A stretch of 33,769 nucleotides of DNA, from contig CBDCYW010000006.1 of NCBI GenBank assembly GCA_965224245.1, positions 1 to 33,769 on the forward strand. Direction: 5' to 3'. The position numbers and the translations under genes were made by a program. Below are positions 15,489 through 24,854 of this stretch, in pieces (the stretch's first letter is position 1; the number at the start of each line of letters is the position of its first letter). Source of the DNA: Candidatus Eiseniibacteriota bacterium (GTDB taxonomy: Bacteria; Eisenbacteria; RBG-16-71-46; CAZAMP01). The notes beneath the pieces were generated by a model. That model saw nothing but the letters and a program-made list of their open reading frames with translations, was not told the origin of the DNA and searched no databases.

Positions 15489-16076
15489 ATGCCCAAGAAA
15501 TACCAGCTCACAAACAGCGAATTCTACCTCCGGCCGGCCGACCTCGAGCGGGTGATCTACCGCGCCGGGAGCTTCCGCGACCGGTGCATCTTGAAGACCT
15601 TCGCGCAGACCGGCATCCGCCGAGCTGAACTCTCCGCCCTCGACGTCCGGGACCTCGACCTCGAGAACCGGCGACTCCGGGTCCGCGAGGGCAAGGGCGC
15701 CAAGGAGCGTCTCCTCCCGATCACCGAGGAGCTCGCCTCCGACCTCGCGCACCTGGTCGGGAAGCGGAAGATCGGCCCCCTGTTTCTTTCCCTCCGCGGC
15801 AGCGCCATCTCGCCGCGGTCGCTGAACCGGATCGTTGCCGACGCCGGCGAGCGTGCCGACGTGAAGAACCCGAACCCGAAGTACAAGGGCCGCCTCACCT
15901 GTCACCTGTTCCGGCACACGTTCGCGCGGACGTGGAAAGGGAAAGGTGGATCCATCGAGAGTCTCGCGAAGATCCTCGGGCACTCGTCGACATCGACCAC
16001 TGTGGACCTGTACGGCACCGAGAGCATCGACGACGTCCAGGACAACTACGACCGAGTAATGGCAGAAACCTCATGA
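15489..16076 (+). CDS. Tyrosine recombinase/resolvase, catalytic domain only (~195 aa)
   Basis: Catalytic set present: TGIRRAEL (R), GKGAKER (K), HLFRH, LGH, DLY (Y). Start ATG 15489 or 15459. Confidence 0.92.
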   Translation: MPKKYQLTNSEFYLRPADLERVIYRAGSFRDRCILKTFAQTGIRRAELSALDVRDLDLENRRLRVREGKGAKERLLPITEELASDLAHLVGKRKIGPLFLSLRGSAISPRSLNRIVADAGERADVKNPNPKYKGRLTCHLFRHTFARTWKGKGGSIESLAKILGHSSTSTTVDLYGTESIDDVQDNYDRVMAETS

Positions 16077-18628
16077 CCACAGGAGTCGCAATGCCCGAGA
16101 AGGCGCGCCCGAAAAAGATCGCGAAGAAGCCCAAGTACACCGTGGACAAGGCTTCGGGGCGCCTCGTGATTGCTGGACCGGAAGAGGTCAACGCCACTCA
16201 GCCACTTCTCGACACCCTCATGAAGGAAGCAGGTTGGAATCCGAAGCAGATCAAGTCGCGACCGCAGTGGCGGGTCCCGGCGTCTCCGTCCGGCAAGCGC
16301 CGGTGGCCAGTCGATATCGCGATCTTTGATGACCCAGATTATGCTGACGATCCTGAGCACGTGCGGATCCTCTGCGAGTGCAAGCGCCCCGACGAGGATA
16401 CCGGCATTGAACAGCTTAAAATCTATCTCGACCGCGAGCCGCATGCACGCGTCGGTGTCTGGTTCAACGGCCTCAACCACGCCGTGGTTTACAAGACGAG
16501 GAGCGGATACCAGCTAGCGCCCGACGGTACGCCCATCCCGACGCCGCAGGACCCGCTCTCCCCTACCGGGACGCGCGTCCTCACGTACTCTGTGCTCCGG
16601 CAGGCCCCTTCGCTGGTCCCCGTATTTCAGCGCATCCGGAACCGCTTGGCGACAATGGACCGCAACGTCAACCGGGACGAGGAGATTCTCCCAGACATTT
16701 CCGTTCTCCTGCTCCTCAAGATCCTCGACGAGCAACGTCACCGATTCCAAGAAAAGAAGCCTCTCCAATTCCAGATCGATGAGACGCCCTCTAAGACCGC
16801 CCGTCGCCTCAAGGATCTCCTGGATACCGAGGTCAAGCGGAACGCTCAGCTTTTCGGGGCGAATTCACGGGAGATCCGCTTCCAGATCGACGACGACAGC
16901 ATCTACTACACTGTCGAGATCCTTCAGAATTTCCGACTCCTCTCGAACGAAACAGACGCCGTTGCAGAGGCCTTCCAGGTCATTCGTGGCAAAGCCTACA
17001 AGGGCGAAGAAGGCCAGTATTTTACCCCGCAGTCCGTCGTTCGCGTAGCCGTAGCAGCGATCGATCCTCGACCGGACGACCGAGTCATTGATCCCGCGTG
17101 CGGCTCCGGCTCGTTCCTGGCGACTGCCCTCGAGAACGTGATTCAGCACCTCAAAGAGCGCTACGGGTCCGACAAAAGCGGAATGGATCTTGCCCGACGC
17201 GAGTGGTCGACCACCCAGCTTTTCGCGATCGACAAAGATTCCGTCTCTGTCCGGCTCTCGAAGGCCTACCTCTCCATGCTCGGCGACGGCAGCACTCACG
17301 TCTACAAGGCCGACTCCATTCGAGCAAAGGGGTGGACCGCAAGTCTCGCCGCGACGATTCAAGACGGTGCCTTCGACGTCGTCGTCACGAATCCCCCGTT
17401 CGGGACCAAGCTCAAAGTCTCGAAGGACGTCGGGCGTCAGGAAGGCTACTCGCTCTCGGCCGAGTGGAAAAAGCGCAACGAGCACTGGGAACCCACGGGC
17501 AGCTACGCCGAGCGCGACCTCGGGTTGTTGTTCCTCGAACGCAGCATCCACCTCCTCCGCGACGGTGGCCGCCTCGCGATCGTCCTTCCTGACACATACC
17601 TCTTTTCCGACCGCTACGCCTGGCTCGTCCAGTGGCTTGGCCAGTACACGGTTACGCATTCGATCAACGTGCCGATCGAGGCCTTCGAGCCCCACTGCCG
17701 CGCCAAAACTAGCGTCATCGTCCTCTGCAAGGAGGCCCCCGCGAAGGGGCGCGAGATCATCGGTTCGTTCTGCGAGACGTTCGGCGAGGACAAGCACGGG
17801 CACCCGCGCTTCAAGTTCGTCGAGGGTCGCCAGACCGAGGAACGCGACGACGAAATGTCCGAAGCAGCCGAACTCTTCAAGGGACGGTCGCCCCGAAAGC
17901 CCTCGAAGCTCCACTTCCGGTTTTCTCAGGACGAAGCGGTCACCCGCGGGGTCCTGGTTGCCTCGTACTGGTGGCGCAAACCCTACCTTGAGGCGTTGGA
18001 GACTTTTGCTCGCGACAACGATTGCGAGCTCGTCTCCGTCGGCCAGTTGATCGAAGACGGCGAGCTGAAGGTCCTCGATGGCCACGGCAGCCCCAGCTCC
18101 CACTACCACGGCCGCGGACCGATTCCCTACGTCAAGGTCATCGACATCAAGAACTGGCGGGTCAACGAGAACCCCAAGTACTCCATCCCAAAAGACGTTG
18201 CAGAGAAGTACCGGCGCCGGAAGGTTCTCGAACCCTACGATCTTGTTACACCAACTCGGGCAAGCAAGAACATCGGCCTGTTCGGCGTCCTCATGCCCTG
18301 GCAGACACACGTGATCCTCACGCGCGAGATCGCGATCTGGCGCATCCCCAGGGAAGCGAAGCGCGTCGACCCCTGGCTTCTCCTGGCCATGAACTCGCTG
18401 CGCTGCGTCCACGACCAGTTCCGATACCTCGTTCTGATGCAGATGAACCGCGAGGATCTTGGTAGCCGCTACAAGGAGCTCCTACTCCCGATCCCCACAA
18501 AGAAGACCCAACGTGAGAAGTGGTCGCGGCCGATCCGCGAGTACTTCGAGGCCACGGCCCGGGCCCGCTCCAGCTATGAGGACCTCGGCCAGCAGCTTGA
18601 TCCCAATCTCTTCGTCGATCGACCATGA
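16073..18628 (+). CDS. Fused restriction-modification enzyme (HsdR_N-like REase + N6-adenine MTase + TRD), Type IIG/Type I-like, 851 aa
   Basis: PVDIAIF..LCECKRP nuclease; GQYFTP, IDPACGSGSFL, VTNPPF methyltransferase motifs; C-terminal HsdS-like region (GPIPYVKVIDI..LLLPIP); ATGA overlap with the recombinase stop. Confidence 0.88.
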   Translation: MTTGVAMPEKARPKKIAKKPKYTVDKASGRLVIAGPEEVNATQPLLDTLMKEAGWNPKQIKSRPQWRVPASPSGKRRWPVDIAIFDDPDYADDPEHVRILCECKRPDEDTGIEQLKIYLDREPHARVGVWFNGLNHAVVYKTRSGYQLAPDGTPIPTPQDPLSPTGTRVLTYSVLRQAPSLVPVFQRIRNRLATMDRNVNRDEEILPDISVLLLLKILDEQRHRFQEKKPLQFQIDETPSKTARRLKDLLDTEVKRNAQLFGANSREIRFQIDDDSIYYTVEILQNFRLLSNETDAVAEAFQVIRGKAYKGEEGQYFTPQSVVRVAVAAIDPRPDDRVIDPACGSGSFLATALENVIQHLKERYGSDKSGMDLARREWSTTQLFAIDKDSVSVRLSKAYLSMLGDGSTHVYKADSIRAKGWTASLAATIQDGAFDVVVTNPPFGTKLKVSKDVGRQEGYSLSAEWKKRNEHWEPTGSYAERDLGLLFLERSIHLLRDGGRLAIVLPDTYLFSDRYAWLVQWLGQYTVTHSINVPIEAFEPHCRAKTSVIVLCKEAPAKGREIIGSFCETFGEDKHGHPRFKFVEGRQTEERDDEMSEAAELFKGRSPRKPSKLHFRFSQDEAVTRGVLVASYWWRKPYLEALETFARDNDCELVSVGQLIEDGELKVLDGHGSPSSHYHGRGPIPYVKVIDIKNWRVNENPKYSIPKDVAEKYRRRKVLEPYDLVTPTRASKNIGLFGVLMPWQTHVILTREIAIWRIPREAKRVDPWLLLAMNSLRCVHDQFRYLVLMQMNREDLGSRYKELLLPIPTKKTQREKWSRPIREYFEATARARSSYEDLGQQLDPNLFVDRP

Positions 18629-18813
18629 CCCGACGCGAGAATATCGATGCCCTCCTTGCGCACCTCGAGGAGGGCACTCTCGCTCGCGAGCTCGTCTCGC
18701 TCCTGCGCGAGACGGAACCCGACCGATGGGATCCGGTGCTTCGGGAACACCTAGAGCGACGCGTTCAGCAAGAAGTGAGTCGTCTTCGCAATGCCAAGGA
18801 TCAATCGTCTTGA
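18625..18813 (+). CDS. Small helical hypothetical protein (62 aa), translationally coupled
   Basis: ATGA overlap with the RM stop and 23-nt overlap with the ATPase start; amphipathic-looking sequence. Confidence 0.6.
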   Translation: MTRRENIDALLAHLEEGTLARELVSLLRETEPDRWDPVLREHLERRVQQEVSRLRNAKDQSS

Positions 18814-21292
18814 AGTCCAGGGCTTCCGCGCCTTCGGCGCGAAGCCACAGGTTCTGGACTTGCAGGGCCCCCTCGCTGTGCTCTGGGGTCCCAACAGCCG
18901 TGGCAAGACGAGCCTCGCCGAGGCCATCGAATTCCTACTGACCGGTCGCACAGTGCGTCGGGACTTTGTTGCCAGTGCTACCCGTGAGTTCTCCGGCTCC
19001 CTGCGCAATGCCCACCTATCGGCCGGCACGGACGTCATCGTCAAAGCAGAGATCGTCGACGCCGACGGTGAGCCCCACTCAGTCGAGCGGGTCCTCACCG
19101 CCGACTACACAGGACGGGATTCCTGCACGAGTGAACTCCGCATTGATGGGGCTGCCGCACAGGATCTCTCCGCTCTCGGGGTCCGTCTCTCACAGCCCCC
19201 GCTCGAGGCCCCGATCCTCATGCAGCACACTCTCCGCTACGTCGTTTCGGCAAAGCCGCAGGATCGCGCCGTCTACTTCAAAGCGCTCCTGGAGGTCTCA
19301 GACCTCGAGAGCGTTCGGACTGCGGTGGACCACTCGCGGAGCGCTCTTGACGCTCCACCCCCTCCCCTACTGGCCACGCTTCAACGCTGCGTCGCGCATG
19401 ACTTCGCCCAGTCTCTCCGACCGCTTCAAACGATATCGCCCTTGCAACAAGCCGAACTCGACGGGGCGATTTCCGAGGCGCTCGCCCTGATACTTCACGA
19501 CCAGGACATCCCGGACGGTCTTGAGAACCGCACGCGTGCCGTCGCCGATCTCCTCGGTACTAGGCGGCAGGCGACGTTCCCTACCAGCAGTTTCCAATTC
19601 GGCGCTGCTCCGTCCTGGACCCCGCCTGCCGAGCAGTCGTGGCAAGATCTCGCTCGCTTTATCGAGCTCCGTCGCGGCGTCGATCGGGAGGTTGCCCGAC
19701 TGACCGCTGTCTTCACTGCCGTTCTCGATATCCCGAGCGTTGCGCAGGCTCATGAGCCCGTCGACTGTCCTGTCTGCGAGACACCCGGAGCTCTTACGCC
19801 CGAACGTGTCGACGCCATCCGGCGCCACCTCCAAGCTCAGGAGCAATACCAAGCTGCTCGTCGTCGTGCCCAGACTGCATTGCAGCAGCTCCGGCAGTTC
19901 CGAGACCATGTTGAACGTTCCGTCCTCGCTGCCAGACCTGTGTTCCTTTCCTGGAACGATGACGAGCGCCGCCGGCGTTCCTTCACCGAGGAGGCTATTC
20001 GCACGCTCCTTGGTGCCGAAGCCGACGAGCTCGTGCCCCCCTGGCACGATCCACAGGGGCCTCTGGTTGAAGCCCTCGCCGGCGTCACGACGGAGGCAAC
20101 TCGCTACCGGCAGCTCCTCGACCAAATCGTTCTCGATGATCTCGATGAGGAGGCGACCGACGAACTCCAGACCCTCCAGCGGAATCTCATTCGGGCTGGG
20201 GAGCTCGCGTCTCAACGCCTCGACGAACTGCGAGCACCGCAACAGCCTCTCGTCGCTGCTCTCAACCGCGAGATCGACCGCCGAGGCCAAACAGAGGGCT
20301 GGCAGGATCTTCTCTCCCTTGCCGAGGGCCGCGCAGCGCTCCGTACGGCACTGATCGAACAGCGTGCTCGGCAGATTGTCCGCCGCGAACTTGAGGACGC
20401 CATTCGCGCCCTTGACCAGGCCAACGCGAGCGTTCTTGACGAGAAGTTTGCCGACCTAAGCGATGAGATCACGGTCTGGTGGGATCTCCTCAGACCCTCA
20501 GAGCCAACCTCTTTTGCCGGCGTGCGCCGCGGCGCGAGTGGCCGCCGATACATCGACCTGAAGGCGCGTCTCTCAACGGACCCGAACGACACTTCTGGTG
20601 GTGTGCTTCGAGACGTCGTCGCGGTATTCAGCGACTCGCAGCTCAACTGCCTCGGCCTCTCCGCCTTCCTTGCTCGAGCAACGCGCGAGGCCACGGGATT
20701 CGTCATCCTGGACGATCCGGTGCTCGCGAGTGACGACGAGCACCGGGCCATGTTTATTCACCGCGTCATCCAGCAGCTCCTGGACCAGTCCTACCAGGTG
20801 ATCGTCATCACGTACGACCAGGACACCTGGAAGGACATTCAGGACGCCTACCACCATCTCTCTCTCGACACGTTCCTCATCACCCTCGACGAGCCTGCCC
20901 GTGGTGCGATCGTCGAAAACCGGAGCGACACGCTCGACGCGCTGATTGCCCGTTCCGTGCCCTACATCTACAACAACGATCCGTCGATCCGGAAGATGGG
21001 GTGCGAGCGCTTACGAAACGCGGCCGAGCGCTTCTGCAAACTCCTCCTCATCAAGGAGCGCCGATCCAACGGCGAGGATAGTGCTAGCCTGAGCGATTAC
21101 GACGGCAAGAACCTCGGGGATCTCCTCGGCGACGTGTACCCCCTACTCACGGCCGACCCGTCGCACCCAGGCAAACTCCGCGTCATCGGGCGCCGCTTGA
21201 ATCCCGGAACGCACGACGACACCGTCCCCGCTGCCGGTGACCTCCGGGTCTGCCACGGCGACCTGCGGCAACTCCGCAGGACCTACCTCTAG
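18791..21292 (+). CDS. Rad50/SMC-like ABC ATPase with zinc hook and probable C-terminal HEPN-like domain (RloC-like)
   Basis: Walker A GPNSRGKTS, coiled coils with central CPVC, signature FSDSQ, Walker B FVILDDP, tail with LRNAAERF and RRLNPGTH. Confidence 0.8.
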   Translation: MPRINRLEVQGFRAFGAKPQVLDLQGPLAVLWGPNSRGKTSLAEAIEFLLTGRTVRRDFVASATREFSGSLRNAHLSAGTDVIVKAEIVDADGEPHSVERVLTADYTGRDSCTSELRIDGAAAQDLSALGVRLSQPPLEAPILMQHTLRYVVSAKPQDRAVYFKALLEVSDLESVRTAVDHSRSALDAPPPPLLATLQRCVAHDFAQSLRPLQTISPLQQAELDGAISEALALILHDQDIPDGLENRTRAVADLLGTRRQATFPTSSFQFGAAPSWTPPAEQSWQDLARFIELRRGVDREVARLTAVFTAVLDIPSVAQAHEPVDCPVCETPGALTPERVDAIRRHLQAQEQYQAARRRAQTALQQLRQFRDHVERSVLAARPVFLSWNDDERRRRSFTEEAIRTLLGAEADELVPPWHDPQGPLVEALAGVTTEATRYRQLLDQIVLDDLDEEATDELQTLQRNLIRAGELASQRLDELRAPQQPLVAALNREIDRRGQTEGWQDLLSLAEGRAALRTALIEQRARQIVRRELEDAIRALDQANASVLDEKFADLSDEITVWWDLLRPSEPTSFAGVRRGASGRRYIDLKARLSTDPNDTSGGVLRDVVAVFSDSQLNCLGLSAFLARATREATGFVILDDPVLASDDEHRAMFIHRVIQQLLDQSYQVIVITYDQDTWKDIQDAYHHLSLDTFLITLDEPARGAIVENRSDTLDALIARSVPYIYNNDPSIRKMGCERLRNAAERFCKLLLIKERRSNGEDSASLSDYDGKNLGDLLGDVYPLLTADPSHPGKLRVIGRRLNPGTHDDTVPAAGDLRVCHGDLRQLRRTYL

Positions 21293-21298
21293 TCACAC

Positions 21299-21940
21299 CT
21301 ACGGCGTCCTCACCACATCCCCAGCGATGAGCCGGATCGTTCCGGTACATGGTTCCACCAACCGGTCTACGTCCGGAACGAGCCCCATGGTCCGGACGAG
21401 CGCAAACGCACGAACCGGAACGCCTGGGAAGACGTCCTGCACGTGCGAGGCCGCCGCGAGAAGCGTCGCGCCCTTCGTCACGACGTCGTCGACGATCGTA
21501 ATGGCCGACGGGCTTCCGAGCACGGCACGAGCTTCCATCGAGCTCAGGTGCTCGTGAACGGTGGGGCGTTCCCCGGGTGCGGCCGACGCCGAGCGCTGAA
21601 CCGCCTGGATCCGCCAGAGGCACTTCACCGTCTCGCGGCCCAGGCCTTGGGCGACAAGCTCCTCGCAGATTCGCCAGGCAGGCCAGAGCGCCCCGCGAAC
21701 GAGCGGCGCCCTTCGAGGCGTCGCCACGAGTGTCACGTGCGGACCAAGGAACTCGTCGAGTCCTGCAGTCTGTAGTGTGCCGACGACGCGCTCGACGACC
21801 TTTGCGATGACCTGGGACTGGTCACGTTTGATCGCGTACGTCAGGTCGCGCGACCGCTGCGAGGTCTCGGAGCGACCCCGCGGCGAGTAGACGAGGAAGG
21901 AGCCGAAGGCGACGTCAGAGCGTAAGGCGGGCGGCGGCAA
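21299..21940 (-). CDS. PRTase-domain protein (partner of DprA-like protein), complete copy spanning the unit junction
   Basis: ITIVDDVVTKGATLLAA PRPP-binding motif; TTG start overlapping the end of dprA. Confidence 0.88.
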   Translation of the reverse strand: MPPPALRSDVAFGSFLVYSPRGRSETSQRSRDLTYAIKRDQSQVIAKVVERVVGTLQTAGLDEFLGPHVTLVATPRRAPLVRGALWPAWRICEELVAQGLGRETVKCLWRIQAVQRSASAAPGERPTVHEHLSSMEARAVLGSPSAITIVDDVVTKGATLLAAASHVQDVFPGVPVRAFALVRTMGLVPDVDRLVEPCTGTIRLIAGDVVRTP

Positions 21941-22610
21941 CGTCTCGCTCGGGTAAGAACTCGAAGACCGTATCCAGGGCGTCCACGGAGGCGCCTTGCG
22001 CGCCGTACGACGCCATTTCCTGTGGCCAGCCCAACGCCTCGTCCCCGAGGAGTTCCTCCATGAGGTACAGCGGCCGACCGAGGCGGAGCGCTTCCCAGCC
22101 CTGGTGAATGGTCCCGCTCTTCCCCCCTGCCTCGACGATCACGGTCGCGTGCGAGACGAGCGCCATCGTCCGGTTGCGCATCGGGAAGTTCTTGCGGCTG
22201 GCCGGTGCGCCCGGTGGGAACTGGGAGACGGCCAGGTGCTCCGCCATGATGCGCTCCTGCAGCACCCTGTTCTCCGGTGGATACGTCCGATCGAGCGGCG
22301 TGCCGAGCACGGCGATCGTGCGCCCACCGGCAGCCATCGCCCCTTCGTGCGCGGCGGTGTCGATCCCGGCGGCAAGCCCACTCACGACGACCGCGCCGCG
22401 GGCCACCAAACGCTCGGCAAGTGTTCGTGCGCGCTCCACGCCAGCCGCTGATGCGCGCCGCGAGCCGACGATGGACACCCGGGCCCCCTGGCGGAGAACA
22501 CCGATGTCGCCCGCTACGAACAACGAGCGCGGCGCGTTCTTCTGCTCGACTTGGTTCAGCGGACCGAGCAGCGTCTCTGGCGTGTGTTCCTCAAACTGTC
22601 TCGTCATCAT
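21915..22610 (-). CDS. dprA: DprA/Smf-like protein (copy 2)
   Basis: Same translation as 601-1296. Confidence 0.9.
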   Translation of the reverse strand: MMTRQFEEHTPETLLGPLNQVEQKNAPRSLFVAGDIGVLRQGARVSIVGSRRASAAGVERARTLAERLVARGAVVVSGLAAGIDTAAHEGAMAAGGRTIAVLGTPLDRTYPPENRVLQERIMAEHLAVSQFPPGAPASRKNFPMRNRTMALVSHATVIVEAGGKSGTIHQGWEALRLGRPLYLMEELLGDEALGWPQEMASYGAQGASVDALDTVFEFLPERDVAAARLTL

Positions 22611-22797
22611 GGGTCTTCCTCACTTGGTTTCATAGTGCCCCATCTTCGCTGTTTCGGGAAGTCCCGCGTCAAGAGCCCATAAGCAACCTCCGGATCCTGG
22701 TCGAAAGCTACTTGGAGGCTTATACATACCCCCGAAGCCCGTCGACGACCGGCAGCATCGCTCCGCATCTTCGACCCCTCATGATGGAGGTCGCCAG

Positions 22798-23811
22798 ATG
22801 ACCCTCTTCCGCCTGCACGCGTACAGCGTCAGTCCTCAGCGGACCACCGATGCCGTCGTCGAGCCGCCCGGCGGCGCCGTGAATGTCACGGCGGAGTTGC
22901 GGCAGGTCCTTGAGGAGAACACTCGCCGCGCTCGTTTTCCGAGCTGTACGGAGGTCCACTTCAACGTGGACGCTACCACCCGCACGACCCAGACGCGCGA
23001 CGACATCATGTCCTACGCGTTCGGCGAATCCGCCACGGCCAAGGCCGCTGCGGTGCGACTCGCGACGCGGCTCGCCGGGGCGATGGATTTGCGCTCTACG
23101 CACGCCCTCTTTGTTCTCGCCGCCGATCGCGACGACGACCGTCGCCGTGTCTCACTCTGGACGTTCCCGCAGGACGACGCGTTCCAGTTCCGGAACCGGC
23201 GTTCCGGCCCTACGATCCGGTTGCTCACCGACGTGTTCAGCCAGTCTTCCCGTCTTCGCAAAGGCGCGCAGTTTCATGGTCGCAAGCTGCGGAACCACTT
23301 CCTCACCGGCCGCGTCCTCGACTTCCAGGCAAGCCACCCGTTTCGGGCCGTCGCGGACTTCTGGATTACGCACTTCCTCGATTGCTCACTCGCGATGGGC
23401 AACGATAGCGGCACGAAGCTCCTTGCACGCACCCTCCAGAAGGCGCACCAAACGTGTGAGGATCTGGTACAGCGGGAGCAGCTGTACCTCGCGGCGATGC
23501 AGATGCGACGATCTACTCGGAAGCGCATCTCCCTCTTTGGCTTCGCTGATCGGTACCTCGACGGCGACGCGAAGGCCACGTTTCTTGGCGCCGCGCCGAC
23601 TCCGGATGCGATCCACGCCGCCTTCGAGTTTCAGACGTCGGTGTTCGACGAGGTCATCAGCTTCCGGATCTTCGAGCTCGACAACGGCGTGTACGTCTCC
23701 TCTCCCCTGACGGAGATCGGAGAGTCCGTGAAGGTCACTGGAATCGCAGAGAAGAAGCTCTCGTGCAAAGGGACCATCGTCGACGAGAAGATGAGGACCC
23801 GACATGCCTGA
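22798..23811 (+). CDS. Probable YejK/NdpA-like protein (copy 2)
   Basis: Same translation as 1484-2497. Confidence 0.6.
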   Translation: MTLFRLHAYSVSPQRTTDAVVEPPGGAVNVTAELRQVLEENTRRARFPSCTEVHFNVDATTRTTQTRDDIMSYAFGESATAKAAAVRLATRLAGAMDLRSTHALFVLAADRDDDRRRVSLWTFPQDDAFQFRNRRSGPTIRLLTDVFSQSSRLRKGAQFHGRKLRNHFLTGRVLDFQASHPFRAVADFWITHFLDCSLAMGNDSGTKLLARTLQKAHQTCEDLVQREQLYLAAMQMRRSTRKRISLFGFADRYLDGDAKATFLGAAPTPDAIHAAFEFQTSVFDEVISFRIFELDNGVYVSSPLTEIGESVKVTGIAEKKLSCKGTIVDEKMRTRHA

Positions 23812-24424
23812 AGACGACCTGAAGCGCCGGTACGAAGCTCGCCTCTCGGTGCTCGAGGAGCTCCAGACCCGGCTCGATGCGGAGACCCAGGACGCACTCC
23901 GCGGTCTCCCTCACATCGATCGCATCGCCTTCCGGGTCAAAGGTCCAGACTCGTTTGCCACCAAGGCGCACGATCCGGAGACGGATCCGCCGTACACGGA
24001 TCCACTCGTCGAGATCGAGGACCAGGTTGCCGGTCGTGTGATCGTCTTCTTCCTCGACGACATCGAACGCGTCGAGGATCGTCTCCGCGGAACGTTCTCG
24101 ACCGTCGAGCGCGCTCACCGCCACCCTGAGCGGGACGAAGAGTTCGGGTACGAGTCTCGGCACTTCATCTACTCCATCCCGCCTCACCTCACTCCGAGCG
24201 GGTGGACTGATCGTGACGATGTTCCCACGACCTTCGAGCTGCAGATCCGCACGATCATGATGCACGCGTACGCGGAGCCGCAGCATAACCTCGCGTACAA
24301 GAGCGCGACCGACCTCCCGCAGGACATTCGGCGCGAGCTCGCGTGGATTGCGGCTTCAGCCTGGGGCGCCGACCAGGCCTACGAGCGCATACGGAAGTGG
24401 CACACGGACTCGAATCACGACTAA
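23804..24424 (+). CDS. RelA/SpoT-family synthetase-like protein (copy 2)
   Basis: Same translation as 2490-3110. Confidence 0.88.
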   Translation: MPEDDLKRRYEARLSVLEELQTRLDAETQDALRGLPHIDRIAFRVKGPDSFATKAHDPETDPPYTDPLVEIEDQVAGRVIVFFLDDIERVEDRLRGTFSTVERAHRHPERDEEFGYESRHFIYSIPPHLTPSGWTDRDDVPTTFELQIRTIMMHAYAEPQHNLAYKSATDLPQDIRRELAWIAASAWGADQAYERIRKWHTDSNHD

Positions 24425-24443
24425 CGTTCGCGTCCGAGCCCAC

Positions 24444-24463
24444 GAGTTTCGCCGGCGAAACTC
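24444..24463. promoter_or_regulatory. Candidate parS palindrome (copy 2 of 3130-3149)
   Basis: GAGTTTCGCCGGCGAAACTC. Confidence 0.65.
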
Positions 24464-24621
24464 ACCACGAAGCCGCTGCGAATGCGTGCGATTCGTGGAG
24501 CGCGAAGAAGAAAATCGCCCTCGCCAGACCTGCGCCGCTTTCCGACTTATCCACAGTTGCCGTCACATGCCCCTAGATGCTATGGTGCCCGCCAGGGACT
24601 ACCCACGGGGGCCGTAACCAC

Positions 24622-24852
24622 ATGACCAACAAGAAGTTGCACAGCACTACCGAGGTCGCAGAGCGCGCCGGCGTGAGCCGGGACACGCTGCTGCGCTGGC
24701 TCAAAGCCGGGAAGATCCCGGAGCCAGGTCGCAATCGAAACGGCTGGCGAGTCTTCACCGAGAAGGAAGCGCGGGCGGTTGAGGAGTACGCCAACCGCTA
24801 CACTCCGAGCCCGCGCCGGCGTCAGGGGCATCTCTTTCGTAAGGCGAACTAG
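24622..24852 (+). CDS. MerR/excisionase-type HTH protein (copy 2)
   Basis: Same as 3308-3538. Confidence 0.85.
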   Translation: MTNKKLHSTTEVAERAGVSRDTLLRWLKAGKIPEPGRNRNGWRVFTEKEARAVEEYANRYTPSPRRRQGHLFRKAN

Positions 24853-24854
24853 CG

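Larger units (their letters stand above)
1..21314. mobile_element. Complete unit of a probable 21,314-bp circular iteron plasmid carrying defence cargo
   Basis: Sequence at position 1 (acatccccagcgatgagc) restarts at 21315; the PRTase gene is intact across the junction; the unit contains Rep, iterons, ParA/ParB and a tyrosine recombinase and has no housekeeping genes. Confidence 0.85.

Noticed and set aside
18791-21292. ATPase as housekeeping SbcC/RecN or as Wadjet/Lamassu SMC
   Set aside because: No SbcD, JetABD or Lamassu effector neighbours recognised; the C-terminal extension and RM linkage fit a RloC-like protein better, though this is unconfirmed.
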